Source: a virus (Duplodnaviria > Caudoviricetes). Taken from it: a stretch of 64,000 nt of DNA. The position numbers and the translations under genes were made by a program. The notes under the pieces were generated by a model that worked only from the letters and a program-made list of their open reading frames with translations, had not been told where the DNA came from and did no database searches. Below, one piece after another: positions 50,388-59,981 of the stretch. Where the stretch lies: positions 175,375 through 239,374 of the IMG/VR virus record IMGVR_UViG_2936514734_000001; one strand, given 5' to 3'. Numbering within the stretch: position 1 is the stretch's first letter; each line of letters starts with the position of its first letter.

Positions 50388-50753
50388 ATGAACGAATTAA
50401 AAGTTATCTTATCTCCACACTTTAACAAGGATGAATTCAAGGAGGAAGTAAGCGGAATTGTCTTTCACAAAGTCAATGGCGTTGAATGTTATGCAATTAA
50501 TCTTGAGGATACTAAATTATCTGGTATTCAATCTGCCTTACGGAAAAATATCTTACTACCTTATGATCGCCAAACATTGGAGTTTGTTAATGGCAATAAC
50601 ATTGCAAAAGATGAACAGCCTATTGAAGAAGTACAACCTGAACCTGAGAAACCTGCAGAGCCTGTAAAGGAAGAACCTGTAGAAGTCTCAGTGGAAGAAG
50701 TACCAAAGAAAACAACACGTAAACGTAACACTACTAAAAAAGAATCTGAATAA
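50388..50753 (+). CDS. Hypothetical head-associated protein
   Basis: ORF with E/P-rich then basic tail; GAAAGGA SD. Confidence 0.55.
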   Translation: MNELKVILSPHFNKDEFKEEVSGIVFHKVNGVECYAINLEDTKLSGIQSALRKNILLPYDRQTLEFVNGNNIAKDEQPIEEVQPEPEKPAEPVKEEPVEVSVEEVPKKTTRKRNTTKKESE

Positions 50754-50768
50754 GTGAGGTGGAGGTAG

Positions 50769-52385
50769 ATGCTTCCTTACTCGTATCTAGTGCTAGGTGT
50801 TAATCCAGTTTCTAATGAAATGAATGTGGAGCTAAACACCAAAATCTCTATTACGTTTGCTAAGCCTATCAATATAGACACACTAAATAGCAATACTATT
50901 CGCTTACGTAAAGTAAATGGTGAATATGTGTCATACAGCGGAAAGTATAACAACATTGATAGAGTTTACGAATTAACACCAACTGAAAAACTTGCTCCTA
51001 ACACACAGTATCAGACTATGGTTATAGGTGGAGTTGATGGAGTGCTAAGTGTAGATGGCTCTTATCTTCCTTCTACTAAAACATATGAATTTGTAACTGT
51101 TCAAAAGGAAGGTATAACTGCTTTAGAAAACTTAGTTCTACAGCAAGATTATTTCTTCATAACTGCAAAATGGGATTTACCTATTGCTTTAATTGATGGA
51201 CAGCAGATTTATTTTAATGTAAGACTGTCTACTTCAAGCAATCCAGAGGCTTTTGATTTGTGGCCTAAGAACCCACTAGAAGGCAAAACATCTAGTACTA
51301 ATATTACTATTCCTTATCGTTTAGAACCTGGGAGAAGCTATTATGTGCATGTTCAAGGGGTATCTGAGGATAAAGAAACTGCATGGTTGACTGGGCAGAT
51401 ATATATTGAAGATTTAACACAACCTACTACGCCTACCGAACCTTCAGATAACAATAATTCCTCTAACGAGAATAGTGGTAGTGGAGAAGATGTTTTAAAT
51501 CAGCTATCTATATTGGATCATTTCCCTGAGATGGGTGAACTACAAAAACCTAGTGAAATTGTAGTTGTCTTTAATGACAGTATTCCCGCTACATTGTTTG
51601 GTGATAATCAACCCGAAACAAATCCTCTATTTTACGTGGTTCAAGCCCCATACAAAGAAACTTTAACTCTTATTGATTTAAGAGGAACATATAACCCTAA
51701 GAACGCTTTAAAAGCTTCAATTAGCGTAGATTCAGAGAATCCTAACGTATTAGTTCTAACTCCAAAAGCCGGCTCTACAGCCTTTCTAGAAGGTAAGGAG
51801 TATACAGTGGTTGTATCAAAACAGCTAAATGGTATTAATACTTCACCATTAGGTAGCACATTTACTTACAGTTTTACAGGTACACCGGAACATTTGCACG
51901 GAGATTTGGAGCAAATAAAAGAGACTCTAAGTTCCTTAAACATAGAACCCTCTACTAAATTCATTCAATCTCTTATGCGTAAACACAGTCAGTACGCTTG
52001 TGATATTTGGTATGAATCATCTACTTACGATGAAGAGCTTCATAAAGATGGTGACGCGCCTTATTACATTCATCAATACGTTAATACTCAGGTGTTGATA
52101 GATGCTCTTCTACATGGTGGAGTAACAGCTACTGGTGGTGGAGATGAAACAGTTACTCTTGGAGAATTAAGTATTAAAAAATCAGGTGGAGGTTCAGGTT
52201 CATCTACCTCAATATCTGATGTTATTACTCAACTTCAATCTCAATTGAAAGCATGGCAAGACCTAGTTCATGGTCATCACAATAGAGGTTACGCAACCCC
52301 AGGTAATGTTGTTAAAGGTGAAAATGTCGGTGCATTACCAGCTTATATAACAAGAACGACTATGACAACTAATTTTGATTCGTAG
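50769..52385 (+). CDS. Ig-like (Big_5/FN3) domain head-tail connector protein
   Basis: P...NVELNTKISITF...I...T, LTP..LAPNTQY; C-terminal LGELSI adaptor-like segment. Confidence 0.65.
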   Translation: MLPYSYLVLGVNPVSNEMNVELNTKISITFAKPINIDTLNSNTIRLRKVNGEYVSYSGKYNNIDRVYELTPTEKLAPNTQYQTMVIGGVDGVLSVDGSYLPSTKTYEFVTVQKEGITALENLVLQQDYFFITAKWDLPIALIDGQQIYFNVRLSTSSNPEAFDLWPKNPLEGKTSSTNITIPYRLEPGRSYYVHVQGVSEDKETAWLTGQIYIEDLTQPTTPTEPSDNNNSSNENSGSGEDVLNQLSILDHFPEMGELQKPSEIVVVFNDSIPATLFGDNQPETNPLFYVVQAPYKETLTLIDLRGTYNPKNALKASISVDSENPNVLVLTPKAGSTAFLEGKEYTVVVSKQLNGINTSPLGSTFTYSFTGTPEHLHGDLEQIKETLSSLNIEPSTKFIQSLMRKHSQYACDIWYESSTYDEELHKDGDAPYYIHQYVNTQVLIDALLHGGVTATGGGDETVTLGELSIKKSGGGSGSSTSISDVITQLQSQLKAWQDLVHGHHNRGYATPGNVVKGENVGALPAYITRTTMTTNFDS

Positions 52386-52396
52386 GTGAATAAATA

Positions 52397-52936
52397 ATGA
52401 AGCTTAATATGGATTTAGCTCATGAATTTAAGAAAATCCTTGAAGAATATGGTCATGATGTATTAGTTATCAAACAAAGTAAGAAGCTTTATTGTTCTTG
52501 CTTCAACGAAGTCACTCAAGAGGCGAGTCGGGATTGCCCGCTCTGCCTTGGCCTTGGGTGGACATTCACAGCAGAACGCCATACTACAAGGTCCGAAGAT
52601 GCAACAGGTGCTACCCAACTAATTAAATTGATGAAAGACTCTCATATAGGAAATATCGTAGCGGGCGACCGTAAATACTTTTTCTTACCCAATATGAATG
52701 CAGTTGAGAAAGATTTAATTGTGGAGGTAGAGTGGGACAAGTTCGGAAAACCAAGTTATAAAGATGGTGGCATATGGAGTATAGGCACCATAGATAAAAA
52801 CCTTAATCTTGGAGCAGGTAGGGATGTTTTCAAAGTATATTACGCATCTGAAACACCTGTTAGAAGTCAAATACGTGGTATTCGAATCTCAGAGATTAAC
52901 GGTATTAAACAATACAATATTTTATTGGAGGGGTAA
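52397..52936 (+). CDS. Putative head completion/neck protein
   Basis: CSC...CPLCLGLG zinc motif; position. Confidence 0.55.
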   Translation: MKLNMDLAHEFKKILEEYGHDVLVIKQSKKLYCSCFNEVTQEASRDCPLCLGLGWTFTAERHTTRSEDATGATQLIKLMKDSHIGNIVAGDRKYFFLPNMNAVEKDLIVEVEWDKFGKPSYKDGGIWSIGTIDKNLNLGAGRDVFKVYYASETPVRSQIRGIRISEINGIKQYNILLEG

Positions 52937-52938
52937 GA

Positions 52939-54438
52939 ATGTACACTTACAACCAACTTATCTTCCCTTCCCACATGGAAAAGAATACTCGCTTTCTTGT
53001 GTTAGCGGGTTTTTCTTTGAATGGGCCGGTAGGGACACCTTTTATTATTAAAGATGAAGTGTCTCCTGTAGATGTTTTAGGAGATTGTCGCCTTTCTGAT
53101 AACGTCCGAATGGCAAGGCAATATGGAATTACACCGCTGGTTTTAAGGCTTAATGGCTCTCATGGTGAATGTACAGTCAATCATGATCAATTAGGCATAC
53201 CAGTCCTTCAGTTTAAAACAGTTGAAGCTACAGATGAATCTAACAATATAGATATTCACTTGTTTCCTACCTACATGATTGTAGAAGGTATTAATAATAG
53301 CTTTATGTATTACTTTGCGGATTACAAGAACCTCGATGATTTAGCGGTTGCTATTAAGCGGGATCTGTATTTTGGACAAGGTGAAGTAGATGTAGAAGTT
53401 CTTAATCAAGCACCATTCGAAGGTCTTTGTATTTCAGAACGTTATGTGGGATTTGAAGGTGCAGATGATGGATTTAACTATGTTAGTAATCATGATAGCT
53501 CTGACTCGGCAGAAAAAATTCAAATGCAGCTTGATTTACTAAAAGATAGTTTTATAGATGAAGGTGAAACAGGCTTAATCTTTACAGGTGAACTAAGTAG
53601 CTTTCAAGTAGATACCTTATTGTTTACAGATATAGCATATGAGAAAGCTCCTGCAGAACTAATTCACATATTAGGTGGATTTGCTAAATCAAAAACAGAG
53701 GAACAGGCTGTCTTTTGTTCTATCGTTTTAGGTTCGGATTATTTTTCCGAAGCTCGATTCTCAGAAGAGGGCGAAGATACTTATGCTGAACCTATCCAAT
53801 CTCTACTTGCAATCCCACCAACTATAGCAGGAGAGGCTAGTTATTTAGAGCATGTTGAAGTAGTAGTAGGTATGCAGGATAGTATTAACCCTGGTCAAAT
53901 TGTTATGCCTTGTGCTTCAACTTATGCGTTCATGAGATATACACTACCCAATTTCTATATTTCCGCTACAAATAATCAACTACTATACATTAATACGTTG
54001 TTTAGTAAAGAACTTAAACAGAACGAAGTTGCTAATTTATCAAGTAGTGGTTATATATGTATTGTTCCTTCAATAAAAAAAGGATTCGTACCTTTTTCTT
54101 CAAAGAGTTTATACCCTCAAAACACTCTTCATTCAAAACCTCATTATCTCCGAAGCATTCACTACGATGTGAATCGCATGGCTGATTTCTTCAATCGGTT
54201 TATAGGGGAACCATTCAACAACGGATTATTGCAGTCAGTATTGTCTCAAGTAACTAGCTTTAGAGATCAACTTCTAGAGGATCATCCTATTTATCAAGAT
54301 GTCTCTATAGAAGTATTGAGTTTTTCACAAGTTGAGCTAGTACTATCTATCTCGTTTCAGCTTTATGGAGAGATAGAGATTGTGAGAACATCCTTTCAGT
54401 ATGTCCCATCAAGTGAGGTGAATGTCACATGGCAGTAA
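52939..54438 (+). CDS. Divergent tail-sheath-like protein
   Basis: GPVGTP N-terminus; SATN, FIGEP and C-terminal pattern parallel the sheath at 55082. Confidence 0.55.
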   Translation: MYTYNQLIFPSHMEKNTRFLVLAGFSLNGPVGTPFIIKDEVSPVDVLGDCRLSDNVRMARQYGITPLVLRLNGSHGECTVNHDQLGIPVLQFKTVEATDESNNIDIHLFPTYMIVEGINNSFMYYFADYKNLDDLAVAIKRDLYFGQGEVDVEVLNQAPFEGLCISERYVGFEGADDGFNYVSNHDSSDSAEKIQMQLDLLKDSFIDEGETGLIFTGELSSFQVDTLLFTDIAYEKAPAELIHILGGFAKSKTEEQAVFCSIVLGSDYFSEARFSEEGEDTYAEPIQSLLAIPPTIAGEASYLEHVEVVVGMQDSINPGQIVMPCASTYAFMRYTLPNFYISATNNQLLYINTLFSKELKQNEVANLSSSGYICIVPSIKKGFVPFSSKSLYPQNTLHSKPHYLRSIHYDVNRMADFFNRFIGEPFNNGLLQSVLSQVTSFRDQLLEDHPIYQDVSIEVLSFSQVELVLSISFQLYGEIEIVRTSFQYVPSSEVNVTWQ

Positions 54439-55037
54439 CAAATCAAAAGAGACTTAAATCAATCGGAACTATGGATTATGAAGAGATGATGAAAGTTATT
54501 AAGTATCTCTTAGATGCTTCTTGGGGCTCTAAGTGGGGAACTTTTGCTCCCGACGGTCCTAATGTAAACGAGCCTAAGAACATCACTTACCCTATTATTC
54601 TTCATTACTTATCCATATTGGAGCCCGGTACTATCGGAAAAGACACTAAGGAAATAAAACCTCGTTTTCGCTCCTCTTATGTAAATGAAGATGTAAATGG
54701 TAATATGCCGCCTGTTACTAAAGTTTATGGACAAGTATTTGATGCTCAAATTGTTTTTGAAATTTGGGAAGAAACAAATGCTCAAGTAGATAAGTTAGCA
54801 AAGCAGTTTAGACAGCTATTAGCTTCATTCACGGGTTATTTGATGGAAAAAGGGTTACTAGGAATCAAATTTTTAAGAATGGAACCGGATTTAGAAACCG
54901 GAGCAATACGTGATTCTTATAAAATCCGCAGACTTTATTATGCTGTTAGATTTGAAGAATTATCAGAAGTTCCTGTAGATATCTTCCGAGCATTTGAAGT
55001 TGTAGATAAGAGACTTCAAGAAGAACTTGGTGAATAG
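54429..55037 (+). CDS. Putative tail completion/terminator protein
   Basis: Position before the sheath; KPRFR, FEIW pattern. Confidence 0.5.
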   Translation: MAVTNQKRLKSIGTMDYEEMMKVIKYLLDASWGSKWGTFAPDGPNVNEPKNITYPIILHYLSILEPGTIGKDTKEIKPRFRSSYVNEDVNGNMPPVTKVYGQVFDAQIVFEIWEETNAQVDKLAKQFRQLLASFTGYLMEKGLLGIKFLRMEPDLETGAIRDSYKIRRLYYAVRFEELSEVPVDIFRAFEVVDKRLQEELGE

Positions 55038-55081
55038 CGCTCGTCGCTTTCCATATAAAAATTAAATAAGGGGGCACACCT

Positions 55082-56794
55082 ATGCTTTACGAAAACCTTC
55101 CTGGTATTAACGTCACGTTAAAAGATGGCGGTTTAATTATTCCAGAAACGGGCGGATCAGAATCCATTCTAATCATCGCTCCATCTCTTGCGCCAGATGC
55201 TCCTGAAGAACCGGTATTAGTTCGTAGTTCTAATGAACTTGTATCATATGGCTTCGGTGACTTTTATGTTGGTGGAGAGGTTAACCCAATTGCTGCTGAG
55301 TGGAAAGCCGCTTCTGATGGAGGCGCTAGAGTAATTTACTTGGCTTCTCTTAAAGAAATTGGTTTAGACGAAGCAGGAGAATTAGAACAAGCTGCTATTG
55401 ATGCTGCTGTAGCTAAAGGAGCAACTTTAGTAACTGCACAAGCAAAATATAAAGATGTTCTAAAAGGTTCTACAGAGGCATCCCGTATGCGTCGTAAGTT
55501 TATTTCATTCTACAATCTTTTAATGGGTAATCTTCTTGATTTCTCAGTTGACCATGTTGTTTTAAAAGGAGCAACAATTGAAGATGAAGTAACAGCATTA
55601 GATCCTGCATTCTTCCCTGAAATTCCTAACATTGAGGATTTCCCATTTATCGAAGGAATGGTTAACTCTTCTTACGTATTAACAGGAGATTCAATTAGCT
55701 ATCCTTTAGCTATTACAGCGGGAACTAACGATAAGTTAGTTTTCAAGGTAAATGGTACAGATGTAACACTTACTCTTCCTGCAAAAACTTACGACGGTGT
55801 AGATTTTACGCTATCTGATTTAGTCACTGATTTACAGACTGTTATTAATGCAGATCCATCAGGATTAAAAGCAAGCGTAAAAGAAGACAGCGGTCACTTA
55901 GTTATCTACTTTGCTGAAACTGCTTCTGTAGCTAGTGGAACTACTGCAACCGGTCTTAAATTAGCAGGTACTGCAGTGTGGAAAAAGACAAACCTTGGTT
56001 TAATTACTAAAGGATCATTTGCTCAAACAATTGCAGACTATTGCCAAACTAAGACATTGATGAAAGATGCAAGCATCGGTTACATCGGTGTTAAACCTCC
56101 AGTTGATACAAAAGTATCGACTATCCGCAAATATGTGGACCAATTAACGAAATTGGACACAGAAATTTCTCCTTATCTTCAAGTAATCGCTTCAGAAACT
56201 GGTGTCATTATGCCGGTTACAAACTCTGTTCATTACGTGAACGGAGCTACACACTACGCAGCTTTAATTTCTACATTAGATAAAAAATCTGCCCCAACAA
56301 ACAAAAACGTTAAAGGTGTTAAAGCTATCCGCTTTGATTATTCTCTTCGTCAGTTATCAGTCTTAACAGCTAAGAAAATGGTTACTTTCCGTATGAAAGA
56401 TTCAACTAATCTTGTTGTTACTGATGGTGTAACTACTGCCCCTTCTATCATTATCGGTGGAACTAACCGCGATAGTGATTACGCTCGCTTATCTACTCTT
56501 CGTATCACTCAACTTGCAATTACAGTTGTTCGTGAAGCTGTAGAACCATTCATCGGTGAAGCGAACGAAATGCCTCAATATAACGCTCTTAATACAGCTA
56601 TCAAATCTGCATTAGAGAAAATCCGTGAAGCAGGAGCAATTCAAGGTTACAACTTCACTGTTTCTAACATTTCTTCTCGTTTAGACCAAGCAACGATTGT
56701 ACTAGAAATCGTTCCAGCGTTCGAAATGCGTCGAGTGGAAGTTCAAGTGAACTTAAAGCCATCTGATGACTACCTAGCTAGTCTTGGACTTTAA
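55082..56794 (+). CDS. Contractile tail sheath protein
   Basis: NLPGI N-terminus, SAPTNK, RLSTLRI, PFIGE, VPAFEMRRVEV. Confidence 0.85.
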   Translation: MLYENLPGINVTLKDGGLIIPETGGSESILIIAPSLAPDAPEEPVLVRSSNELVSYGFGDFYVGGEVNPIAAEWKAASDGGARVIYLASLKEIGLDEAGELEQAAIDAAVAKGATLVTAQAKYKDVLKGSTEASRMRRKFISFYNLLMGNLLDFSVDHVVLKGATIEDEVTALDPAFFPEIPNIEDFPFIEGMVNSSYVLTGDSISYPLAITAGTNDKLVFKVNGTDVTLTLPAKTYDGVDFTLSDLVTDLQTVINADPSGLKASVKEDSGHLVIYFAETASVASGTTATGLKLAGTAVWKKTNLGLITKGSFAQTIADYCQTKTLMKDASIGYIGVKPPVDTKVSTIRKYVDQLTKLDTEISPYLQVIASETGVIMPVTNSVHYVNGATHYAALISTLDKKSAPTNKNVKGVKAIRFDYSLRQLSVLTAKKMVTFRMKDSTNLVVTDGVTTAPSIIIGGTNRDSDYARLSTLRITQLAITVVREAVEPFIGEANEMPQYNALNTAIKSALEKIREAGAIQGYNFTVSNISSRLDQATIVLEIVPAFEMRRVEVQVNLKPSDDYLASLGL

Positions 56795-56864
56795 TACCCA
56801 AAACAGCAGAGAGGGCGCTGTCCCTCTCTTATAAAAATAGAATACCAACAGGAGGTTAAATCCT

Positions 56865-57464
56865 ATGAGTCAAACACTTTCTCGTTATAGCCAAACTTAT
56901 ACAACATACGGCGGTGCTGACATCGTTTGTACGTTTAACGGAATTCAAATTGGTGAGTTACAGGCTATTACGTACTCAGTTACTCGTGAAAAGGGACCTG
57001 TATATGTAATGGGTGACCCTAACCCAAAATCTTTCAGCCGTGGTAAACGTGGTATTGCTGGTAGTCTAGTATTCACAGTTTTTGACCGTGATGCTTTATA
57101 CCAACTTAAACAACAAGCGGTTGTTCACCGTCACGGGTTAAACCAAACAGATGCTTTATCTGATAATAGTGCTCAAATTTTAAGTGCTACAGACAATGCA
57201 GCTGCTCTTACAAATCGTAATGACTTAATCAAAGGATGGCAAACAAAGCGTAAAGCTAACTTTATCGACGAGATTCCTCCATTTGATATTACGATCAACT
57301 TCTTAAACGAATATGGACAAGCAAGTAAAATGGAAATTTACGGCGTTGAAATCCTTAACGAAGGTATGGGATTGTCAGTAGATGACTTAACAACTGAAAA
57401 AGCTTGTACTTTCGTTGCACGTAACATTGTTGAAATGAAAGCAATGGACGAGTGGGAAGTTTAA
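56865..57464 (+). CDS. Major tail tube protein
   Basis: After the sheath; GELQAITYS..REK.PVY..G......RGKRGIAGSLVFTVFDR. Confidence 0.8.
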   Translation: MSQTLSRYSQTYTTYGGADIVCTFNGIQIGELQAITYSVTREKGPVYVMGDPNPKSFSRGKRGIAGSLVFTVFDRDALYQLKQQAVVHRHGLNQTDALSDNSAQILSATDNAAALTNRNDLIKGWQTKRKANFIDEIPPFDITINFLNEYGQASKMEIYGVEILNEGMGLSVDDLTTEKACTFVARNIVEMKAMDEWEV

Positions 57465-57580
57465 TAGTTTACTAATCTACTTGAGAGATGCGCTTGCATC
57501 TCTCTTTTGTATTTTGTAGATAAAAACCTACTAAGTGGTTATGTTCCGCTTATAAAACAAAGAAAGAGTGGTGTGTATCT

Positions 57581-58087
57581 ATGGCAAAGAATAAGTCGAG
57601 TAGATATGAAAAGACGTATACGAGCTTTGCAGGTACAGATATTATCGCAGTTATTACTCTTCCAAATGGCAAACCAAGAGTCATAGGGGAGCTACAAACA
57701 ATTTCTTATTCTTCTTTTAGACCTACAACTCCTGTGTTTGCATTAGGGCAAATAGGAGCAAAAGGGGTAGTTAGGGGTGCTCGTACAGTTGCTGGTAGCC
57801 TCATCTTTACCGTATTTGATCGCCATGTATTGTATGAGGTAATGGAAGATTACAATGACAGTCAATCGTACTTTGACATCAATAAATCTGATGAAATACC
57901 CGCTTTTGATATAACAATTAATTTTATGAATGAGTATGGACAATCTTCTCAATTGACAATCTATGGTGTCCATCTTATTTCAGAAGGTCAAACGATGTCT
58001 ATTGAAGATATGATTACAGAAAATACAATGGAATTTGTTGCAATGGATATCGACACTATGATTCCAGATGCAGTTAAAGAAGTTTAA
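57581..58087 (+). CDS. Tail tube paralogue 2
   Basis: GELQTISYS, AGSLIFTVFDR, DEIPAFDITINF shared with 56865. Confidence 0.75.
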   Translation: MAKNKSSRYEKTYTSFAGTDIIAVITLPNGKPRVIGELQTISYSSFRPTTPVFALGQIGAKGVVRGARTVAGSLIFTVFDRHVLYEVMEDYNDSQSYFDINKSDEIPAFDITINFMNEYGQSSQLTIYGVHLISEGQTMSIEDMITENTMEFVAMDIDTMIPDAVKEV

Positions 58088-58098
58088 GAGGTGACAAT

Positions 58099-58845
58099 AT
58101 GAGTGGACCAGATTTAAGTATGCCTTCAAAACCATCAACAAGTACTAATTCTAAACGAGGCTATGCTAGTTACTATTCGGGTACAGACATTCGAATATAC
58201 TTTGGAGACCTATGGGTAGACGAAATTGTGGAAATTGAATGGTCTCTACAAGAACAGATTGCTCCTATCTTTGGATATTCTTCTTATACATGGGATCGGG
58301 TAGCTCGTGGTAATCGTTTTGTACAAGGTTCTTTTTCTATTAACTTCAAGGAAGCTGGATATTTACAAACCGTAATTAATAGTTTAAGTTCTGAAATGAC
58401 AGATGAATCTGAGTGGTTTAGCTTGTCTGAATTTGAATCAGGCGGCGGTAAAAATGAAACAGGATTTAACCATAAGGATACACCTGTCGAATATGTAATC
58501 AATAATTTTCAGAGTCTTGCTGATGACTATGAAAAAGCACTATGGGGTGAATCGAGCAATTCTTCTAGTTTAGTAGATAGCCGACGAACCGACACCTTCT
58601 TTAATGGCCTCAATGCAAACTCCAAAAACAAAGCTATGAAAGATCATGGCTTCAACATCCTATTAACCTACGGAAATGCCCCAGACCCTTCAAGAGGTGG
58701 AGTTGGTTATAAAACCGCTCAAACAATTGTTGGTGTTCAACTTACTGGTGTATCTCAACGAGTAGATCCATCGGGAACCCCTATTTCTGAAGTTTACACA
58801 TTTATTGCAAAAGACATTTCAGGTAACGTGCAAAAAAGCTATTAG
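58099..58845 (+). CDS. Tail tube-like paralogue 3 (tube initiator candidate)
   Basis: YSGTDI, PIFGY, RGNRFVQGSF, YTFIAKDI. Confidence 0.6.
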   Translation: MSGPDLSMPSKPSTSTNSKRGYASYYSGTDIRIYFGDLWVDEIVEIEWSLQEQIAPIFGYSSYTWDRVARGNRFVQGSFSINFKEAGYLQTVINSLSSEMTDESEWFSLSEFESGGGKNETGFNHKDTPVEYVINNFQSLADDYEKALWGESSNSSSLVDSRRTDTFFNGLNANSKNKAMKDHGFNILLTYGNAPDPSRGGVGYKTAQTIVGVQLTGVSQRVDPSGTPISEVYTFIAKDISGNVQKSY

Positions 58846-58885
58846 CAGACTTCTGTAAAACATAAGAAAACAAGGAGGAAGTAGT

Positions 58886-59332
58886 ATGCCTAGAGCACAG
58901 AAAAAACAAGAGGTACATGTGGAAGAAACACAGGAAGAATTAGCACCGGTTGTAAACATCGGTAAAGAGTATGATGAAGATGATGTTACAAAAGCGGAGG
59001 AAGAAATCTTTCCAGGTGGACCGACACACAACGAACTTGAAAAATGGAAGTCAATGTACAATGGAGAAGTATATTTGACTGAATTTGATGAAGAGAATGT
59101 CTTTATATGGCGTCCAATTAAACGTAAGGAATATAAGGATATCGCTAAAATTCCAAATGCAGACCAATTTTATAAAGAAGAGCGTATTTGTGATAAGTCA
59201 CTTTTATTCCCAGCCAACTACGGAGCTATGAATATGAGTGTTGGTAAAGCCGGTATTCCTACTTTATTATCTGAATTAATCTTAGAAAAATCTGGATTCG
59301 TAGCGAAAACAGGCGCAATGCGCTTAAGCTAA
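58886..59332 (+). CDS. Tail assembly chaperone
   Basis: WK..Y.EVY, FIWRPI.R.EY, GIP..LSE.ILEKSGF. Confidence 0.65.
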   Translation: MPRAQKKQEVHVEETQEELAPVVNIGKEYDEDDVTKAEEEIFPGGPTHNELEKWKSMYNGEVYLTEFDEENVFIWRPIKRKEYKDIAKIPNADQFYKEERICDKSLLFPANYGAMNMSVGKAGIPTLLSELILEKSGFVAKTGAMRLS

Positions 59333-59384
59333 CAGCGAAGGAGGCGTATATCGTCTCCTATTTTTTTATTAAGGAGGTAAAAGG

Positions 59385-59960
59385 ATGGACTTAACATTAA
59401 ATCCACATTTGTTAGAAGACAAGCCAGAGGAGTTTCCTATAGAGTTTGATAGTTATGAAGAGGAAATAGCTTTTAAGCAACAATTAGTTGAATGGCATGA
59501 AATGTATGGATCTATTTATGTTACTGAGGTAAACGATGTGCCATTCTATTTCAGAGCTTTATCAAAGAAAGAATTGGATATAGCGGAAAGTATATATTCA
59601 GATGACTATGAAAGAACAGAATATATCTGTAAAGTTTGTGTCATTTATCCTCTAATTGATGATTATTCATTAGATATTTTCGCTGGTGTTCCTGAAATTC
59701 TATGCTCAGCAATCTTAGAAGAATCAGGCTACACAAATGGGCAGAAGACTAAAATTGCTATAGCTAAATGGGAAAAGAAAATGGAAAACGTAGAGAATCA
59801 ACTACGTCTTGTTATCAAAGAAGCATTTTCTGATATTCCTTTAGATGAAATAGAGGGATGGCCAATGCCTAAAGTTGCTGAATACTACGTTAAAGCAAAG
59901 TGGGTATTAGAAAACTTACGTGGCATGAGTTTAGTAAGTCAAGACGAAGCGCAACAGTAA
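59385..59960 (+). CDS. Tail assembly chaperone paralogue
   Basis: W..MYG.IY, FYFRAL, AGVP..L...ILEESGY. Confidence 0.6.
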   Translation: MDLTLNPHLLEDKPEEFPIEFDSYEEEIAFKQQLVEWHEMYGSIYVTEVNDVPFYFRALSKKELDIAESIYSDDYERTEYICKVCVIYPLIDDYSLDIFAGVPEILCSAILEESGYTNGQKTKIAIAKWEKKMENVENQLRLVIKEAFSDIPLDEIEGWPMPKVAEYYVKAKWVLENLRGMSLVSQDEAQQ

Positions 59961-59981
59961 AATAACAGGCGGTGAATTAAG

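Noticed and set aside
59290-59390. Programmed frameshift joining the tail chaperones
   Set aside because: No clear slippery heptamer before the stop; a hairpin and a separate AAGGAGG SD lie between the genes
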